Assembly (NCBI RefSeq): GCF_000143415.4
Contig: NW_003314296.1
Span: 508,605-532,597, forward strand
Direction: 5' to 3'
From: Selaginella moellendorffii
Lineage: Eukaryota > Plantae > Lycopodiophyta
DNA: 23,993 nucleotides
Below are positions 21,925 to 23,993 of the stretch, one piece after another. Position numbers and translations under genes: made by a program. Numbering within the stretch: position 1 is the first letter of the stretch; every line of letters begins with the position of its first letter. The notes beneath the pieces were generated by a model that worked only from the letters and a program-made list of their open reading frames with translations, searched no databases and was not told the origin of the DNA.

Positions 21925-23300
21925 GTTCTACAAAAATTCTTCCACTAGATCTTGCAGCTTCGCTACGTTCTCCTCCGATTCCTATGTTGCTTTGCAATAT
22001 AAAATCCTTTCCACTTCACATGGACTCCCTCACCTCACGTCTTGTCGCTTAGTTTTGCACACATGANNNNNNNNNNNNNNNNNNNNNNNNNNNNNNNNNN
22101 NNNNNNNNNNNNNNNNNNNNNNNNNNNNNNNNNNNNNNNNNNNNNNNNNNNNNNNNNNNNNNNNNNNNNNNNNNNNNNNNNNNNNNNNNNNNNNNNNNNN
22201 NNNNNNNNNNNNNNNNNNNNNNNNNNNNNNNNNNNNNNNNNNNNNNNNNNNNNNNNNNNNNNNNNNNNNNNNNNNNNNNNNNNNNNNNNNNNNNNNNNNN
22301 NNNNNNNNNNNNNNNNNNNNNNNNNNNNNNNNNNNNNNNNNNNNNNNNNNNNNNNNNNNNNNNNNNNNNNNNNNNNNNNNNNNNNNNNNNNNNNNNNNNN
22401 NNNNNNNNNNNNNNNNNNNNNNNNNNNNNNNNNNNNNNNNNNNNNNNNNNNNNNNNNNNNNNNNNNNNNNNNNNNNNNNNNNNNNNNNNNNNNNNNNNNN
22501 NNNNNNNNNNNNNNNNNNNNNNNNNNNNNNNNNNNNNNNNNNNNNNNNNNNNNNNNNNNNNNNNNNNNNNNNNNNNNNNNNNNNNNNNNNNNNNNNNNNN
22601 NNNNNNNNNNNNNNNNNNNNNNNNNNNNNNNNNNNNNNNNNNNNNNNNNNNNNNNNNNNNNNNNNNNNNNNNNNNNNNNNNNNNNNNNNNNNNNNNNNNN
22701 NNNNNNNNNNNNNNNNNNNNNNNNNNNNNNNNNNNNNNNNNNNNNNNNNNNNNNNNNNNNNNNNNNNNNNNNNNNNNNNNNNNNNNNNNNNNNNNNNNNN
22801 NNNNNNNNNNNNNNNNNNNNNNNNNNNNNNNNNNNNNNNNNNNNNNNNNNNNNNNNNNNNNNNNNNNNNNNNNNNNNNNNNNNNNNNNNNNNNNNNNNNN
22901 NNNNNNNNNNNNNNNNNNNNNNNNNNNNNNNNNNNNNNNNNNNNNNNNNNNNNNNNNNNNNNNNNNNNNNNNNNNNNNNNNNNNNNTTGTACACATTTCT
23001 TTGGATGATCTGGAATTAAGAGGCTTTATAACAAACCCCCACTAACCTTAGTCAGAACTTTGACTTGCTGACATATTAAACATATCTTTACATAGTTTTG
23101 GACGTCTTTAACTATGTCTAACCAGTGATACTTCCTCTTGAGTAAACTCATTGTCTTAGCACCCCACTGTGTTATGCAAGAGATTCATCATAACACTCTT
23201 CTAAAGCTACCTTTTTTAATTCCCCTTCTAGAACATACACCTTTGTTTGTTTATAATAAATGAGTCCACTATGTCTTGCATAATTTATTTTTTCTTCTAT
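21925..23300 (-). mobile_element. Chromovirus-type Ty3/gypsy integrase remnant spanning the gap
   Basis: Zinc-finger region EECYDESLA*HSG..KYHW..VKDVQNYVKICLICQQVK..GLL..L.IPDHP (22987-23270). Chromodomain VKWKGF..AT*ESEENV..LVEEF (about 21930-22025). The gap size fits the missing integrase core. Confidence 0.82.
22067..22986. other. Assembly gap (N run)
   Basis: Run of Ns. Confidence 1.
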
Positions 23301-23427
23301 CGGCCCACAGCCTCATGAGTGGAGAAACACAATACTTGTGTCCAATTGTCCAAATAGTGCATAAACTCCTTAACCTGGAAGAGCCATCAGAGTGAATGTA
23401 GCTCAATCAAGCTTGAAAAAAATGTAC

Positions 23428-23616
23428 CTTTTCCTAAGCCCACTAGTCCCAGTCTTTTGCCCCTCGAACAGCTTGGTAGGCTTCGCCTTCACCTGAAACC
23501 AAATATCAGAACTGAACTCGGAAGTCATCGGATACCCTGAATGCAATGCAGCTCAAAGTCCTATCAAAATGTAGCTGTAATCAGGGAACCTTCAAACCTT
23601 CTGAAGCAGTAGCCAT
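23428..23616 (-). pseudogene. PGM: Two-exon fragment of plastid-type phosphoglucomutase
   Basis: Exon 23616-23590 MATASEGLK, a 97-bp GT-AG intron, exon 23492-23428 VKAKPTKLFEGQKTGTSGLRK, then a GT donor. GQKTGTSGLRK is the PGM N-terminal signature. No downstream exons. Confidence 0.85.
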
Positions 23617-23626
23617 GATTTGTATC

Positions 23627-23993
23627 ATATGGCAATTAGAAGGTTTTTCTAGAATGAACACATTCCATTTATGAAAGGGGTATATAGGGGTATAACTATG
23701 TATATCATAGTTATGAACACGGCTGGGATCTTAGCCATATTCATCGTGTTTCACAAACATAGCCATGTTTGTGAACAGTATATACTATTATAAATACGGG
23801 CTGTGATCCCGGCCATCGTTGTCAAGATCATGGCTTGTGTTCATAACACTAATTTAGTTTCAGATCCAAGGCACACGCAACAATCTAGGGTGCACTAAAC
23901 ATGGCAACCAATCCAGCATATTGCATGGGCAAAAACATCCTTCTTCATGGTGGTGGGATGAGGTAAGTGTGCTTGAGAGCAAAGGGCATGGCC
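23627..23993 (+). repeat. Rearranged duplicate of the hAT/MITE region
   Basis: 23627-23677 matches 6631-6681 (2 mismatches). 23688-23993 matches 5991-6297, including the MITE at 23706-23851. Confidence 0.92.

Noticed and set aside
22035-23019. ORFs of more than 300 aa across the second N run
   Set aside because: Artefacts of the assembly gap.

Overview
Eukaryotic, non-seed-plant-like draft sequence with two N gaps. The 47-76 bp introns and an ALDH23-type gene suggest a lycophyte such as Selaginella (inference). The window is mostly transposon debris: two or three degenerate Ty3/gypsy pol remnants, an LTR-like repeat present twice, a complete TRIM with a 5-bp TSD plus a solo LTR, a dead hAT transposase, a MITE and a partial duplicate of the hAT region. 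The genes are: (1) an intact 16-exon aldehyde dehydrogenase (16529-18942, +) with one GC-AG intron; (2) head-to-head with it, a GC-rich, frameshifted Crinkler-type P-loop NTPase + restriction-endonuclease-like gene (-); (3) an intronless, very AT-rich secreted chimera with an unknown N-terminal domain and a GNA/bulb-type mannose lectin (8690-9580, +), plus a probable decayed paralogue at about 19.0-19.4 kb; (4) a captured two-exon fragment of plastid phosphoglucomutase. All family calls come from motif recognition by eye; no searches were run.
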